Shown here: one piece after another, positions 60,601-64,000 of the stretch
Layout of the letters: every line of letters starts with the position of its first letter
Numbering within the stretch: position 1 is the first letter of the stretch
Assembly: GCA_964106645.2 (NCBI GenBank)
Contig: OZ067047.1
Strand: one strand, 5' to 3'
From: Podarcis pityusensis
Lineage: Eukaryota
DNA: 64,000 nt
The notes under the pieces: generated by a model
Databases searched by the model: none
What the model was told of the DNA's origin: nothing
The model's input: only the letters and a program-made list of their open reading frames with translations
Position numbers and translations under genes: made by a program

Positions 60601-63600
60601 TGGACCAGGATATGATAGAAAGCCAAGAAATAGCTTTTTACATAGGAATATTTTGGGGTTAGTGCCGAGCTCCATGCTGTACCGTAATATGTTCAAGTAC
60701 ACTGAAAGGGAAATGTGTGGGTTTTTTTAGAGGACTAACAGAGAGAAAAGTCAGTTTCCATCCTAAAGATGAGAAACCTTGTTGGTGTGAAAAGTGTGCC
60801 AAGACATTTCAGGAAGACAGATCGGAGGTGGGCTAACAAGACTCCAACCTGCTCTGCTCCCATCTGCCACCAAACATTACAATTCATTAACCGGGTTGCC
60901 TCATCCCGGAAGGATGGCTGGCTTTGCCCTGCAAAGCTGCTTAAGGGTTATTACATTTTGTCAGGTTGTGTTCAGCAATGTCTGTTATAGTTTAGAATGT
61001 GGCCCTCTGGAATGCATATAATGTTGGCAGGTCAGGAACTCAGAGACAACTATTTCTGGTCAGATAATTTCAGGATAAGCAAAGTAACCCCCACATACAA
61101 TTCTCTCTTCCTCCAGTCCATGAAGGCCAATTAAGATATGCAAGAATTGGTTCACTTCTCAGGACAGTGGTTATGGTTGTGTGTGGTTTTTTCCTCTGGA
61201 CTCTGTTACAGCACGCACGAGCTGCTGGGTTCTGTAATTATCAACATGAATTTTCTCTAATTATTCCCCATTTTCAGCAGGTGTTCTCTAAATGCTGGCC
61301 TGAGCTACGAAGTGTGAGATCAAGGGCTGTACTTTCCCTTTGACATTTCATTTTGAAGTTTCACTTCTGCTTAATGCGGGGTATTTTCCATAGAAATTGG
61401 AGTTAGCTGGGGCTGTAAGATCACTCTCCCTGATATCTTCCCACTGCGCTGGAGCATCTGCCTGTGATGAGACTAATGAGTCCAGGCAGGGGATGCAAAA
61501 CCTGTAGCTTGATTTCAGGTAGGCAAGGGCAGCCCAGAGGAGGAGAGTGGCAAGAGGGCAAACCAAAATGGATGGAAGGAGGAGGGGAAAGCCTTCTGAA
61601 AGCAATCCGTGAGAGTGTGTGAAGAGAGTGGAAAGGATGTGGCATGCCCGCTTTTGAGCGCTGCCCCTGTCTGCCCCCCCTCCCATCACTAGCTTTGGTC
61701 CCACACTCCAGCCCTGTCCACATGTGACCCCCAACACATTATCCCCCAAGACAATGTGGCTCTGAACAGAGAGACAAATATATGTTCCCTGCGCTTCCCA
61801 CCTCTACTCTAGTAACAGCATTTCCCAGCTGCCTCCATCTCTTCACTGCAAACTAGGGAGGAAAAAACCAGTTGCTTTTCCTATGGAAGAGGGTGGAAGG
61901 AGCAAAGCTGGCATCTGTCAGGGCTGGTTCAGCTGCAGGTCAGCACAGAGACTCAGAGACAGGCAATAAAGTTGATTCTTTATTCGAGGAAACAGACTAC
62001 AAACAGAGAAACCTACGGGCAAGACTGGCCTCAGTAAAGCAGTTGCCAGAATTAATCTGTGCCTCCCACTTCCCAATGTCTCCCCCAGCTATTTTCTCTG
62101 CAGTCTTTAACTCCTTCTGGGAGGGGCTCCCTGTGTTCTCGGTGCTATTTGCTCTGCTACATGCAAACCCCTTCTTGCTCTTGGAGACAAGGGAGGAGGA
62201 GAACTGAATACAGTAGGACTGGCAGGGTCCTGTGAATCTGGTGCTTAACTCAGCCCCCTCCACCCCCTCAGCTGCCTGCCCTACATCTGCAGTGCTTTCT
62301 GCCTCTTCTTCTTCTTTCTCGCTCAAGCCTGTTGCTTGTTCCGCATCCAACCATTCTTTCCCCACCCCCTTCATCCTCTTCAGTGCTCCACCAGCACTCC
62401 TCCCCTGGCTCTGAGCCTTCCTCTTCTGGGGCTTCTCACCACTCCTCATTTTCCAGCTAGTCCCTGACAGCATAGTTCAGGGAGATAGTGGGATGCAGGC
62501 AAAGACAGGGAAATGCAGGCCTGCCTCCTGTCGTGGATGAGCAGTTAAGGAGCTACTCTGTAATATTTTTAGCATCCTGGGAACTCCCTCTTTTTCACCC
62601 CTGACATGCCATAATATTTTGCCAGGAATGCAAGCTGGGAGTGGAGGCCAGGGTTGTAAAAATGCACCATTTCCTGCTCCACTCTGTATCCATCGCATGC
62701 AGCGCTGCTTCCGTCCTGCTGCAGTTCGGCATCCGCCAAAAACACCTTTCTTTGTCTCACTGTCCCCTGTGCTGAAATGACATAACTTACCTAATTTATG
62801 TAATTAATTACGTGAATTACCTTGCCATTACCTTATTCCGCCCTGTTCTTCTCAGCACAGAGGAAACAGTGCAAGTTGAGGGAGGGGCATAATAAATTCC
62901 TTATTGTTGGTGAACTGACAGGAACAGTGAATACTGATTGTATTTGCTGGATTGATTTTTGTTCCGGACATGAGACAAACATACAAGTCCAGCCACAGCC
63001 CTTCTTAAATACCATGTGCTTTGGCATGGGGGTGGCACACTGTTGTGGCCGACCATGGGACAGCAGCCGTGCAGAACAATTTTAAGTGTTTTTCCTACAT
63101 TAGTTCAGATTTGCGTCTAACAGGCTAGGAAGCAGCTCTGACACCAGACTACTGACTCATGCTAATGCGACTGACAAGGGAACAAACTTTTCCCGGTTCT
63201 GAGCACTTGAGCCAAATCGATAAGCCAAATCACCCTTAGATGGGCAGAGGTTTCTCATAGATGGCCTTGATTCAGAAAAAGGAGCCCACAAATTACTTTA
63301 GTGCCTGAGTAGTACTTGTGAAAAGCTGAGCCAAGACCTTAATTCCCATAACCATGATTAATAAAAGACTCTGTATGCCAAGGGTGTATATTAAAGAAAG
63401 GCGGGCTTTCTAAAGCCATTAACTTGCTAACGTGCTCGTACGTGGACCTGAAAGAAAGGTGCTGGGTTGATGGATGTACTTGTCATATTTACGGTTTGTA
63501 GCAGGGTGATTAATGTGCTTTGTGGTTTATAAAGCAGTGCTCATTTAACGTTCCTTTTAAAGATTGCAGTGATTTATTGGATCCAGCACCATGGTAGCAT

Positions 63601-64000
63601 TCCAGTGGGACGTCAGCAGCAGTATTATTATATCACGCTGGATTATCAATTAGGCTTGTGCAACTGAGTGAGTGCCCAAATGAAGACTTCTTCCATCAAT
63701 TGGAGAGTTGGTGACCCTGATTAAAGTGGAATTTGTACAGACAAATGCAAACACAAATCATGATGCTATTGCCTACCCTATGGTCTTTCTGTTCTGTAGT
63801 AGTGGATTTCAAGCTTTGTTCCGGAAAGTTATAGGTTTCCTTTAGATCGAAGCTTGTCACAGCAGATGAGACAGTTTGCCTGTCACTGCTGATCTGCCCT
63901 CTGATTCACAGATGCAAAGGATTGTTGCGGGTGTACTCAGAGGAAACGCATGCCCTCCAACATTTATCCAATGAAAATAGAGATGTCCTATTCAATTGTT

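Overview
Vertebrate genomic DNA from a squamate reptile, probably a lacertid lizard (inferred from Sauria SINEs and lizard-type CR1/L2/L1/RTE and hAT/Tigger MITE content). I recognise no host protein-coding exon or RNA gene, so this looks like a large intron or gene desert rich in transposable elements, with several homeobox-motif-rich candidate enhancers. The dominant feature is a complete, apparently very young Ty3/Gypsy (Mag-like) LTR retrotransposon at 50238-55189 on the minus strand. It has two 370-bp LTRs that look identical by eye, a 5-bp TSD (CACAT), a tRNA-Ser(GCT) PBS, a PPT and one intact 1358-aa gag-pol ORF. Also present are a 5'-truncated L1 with a 20-bp TSD, RTE fragments, two Sauria SINEs, many MITEs and several solo LTRs. 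The most interesting observation is that three separate solo-LTR-like elements (29096-29537, 32118-32576, ~55562-55987) each carry a ~110-codon reading frame starting at LTR base 2. Two of them share an ungapped Arg-rich motif (PLP[ST]PS.R......E.R.R.GV...LCW) conserved through synonymous codon changes, which points to a protein-coding U3 under purifying selection. Other findings include a 50-bp locally templated insertion inside a hAT element, a near-perfect hairpin with 42-bp arms, and a 159-bp miniature LTR with a 6-bp TSD. All alignments were done by eye.
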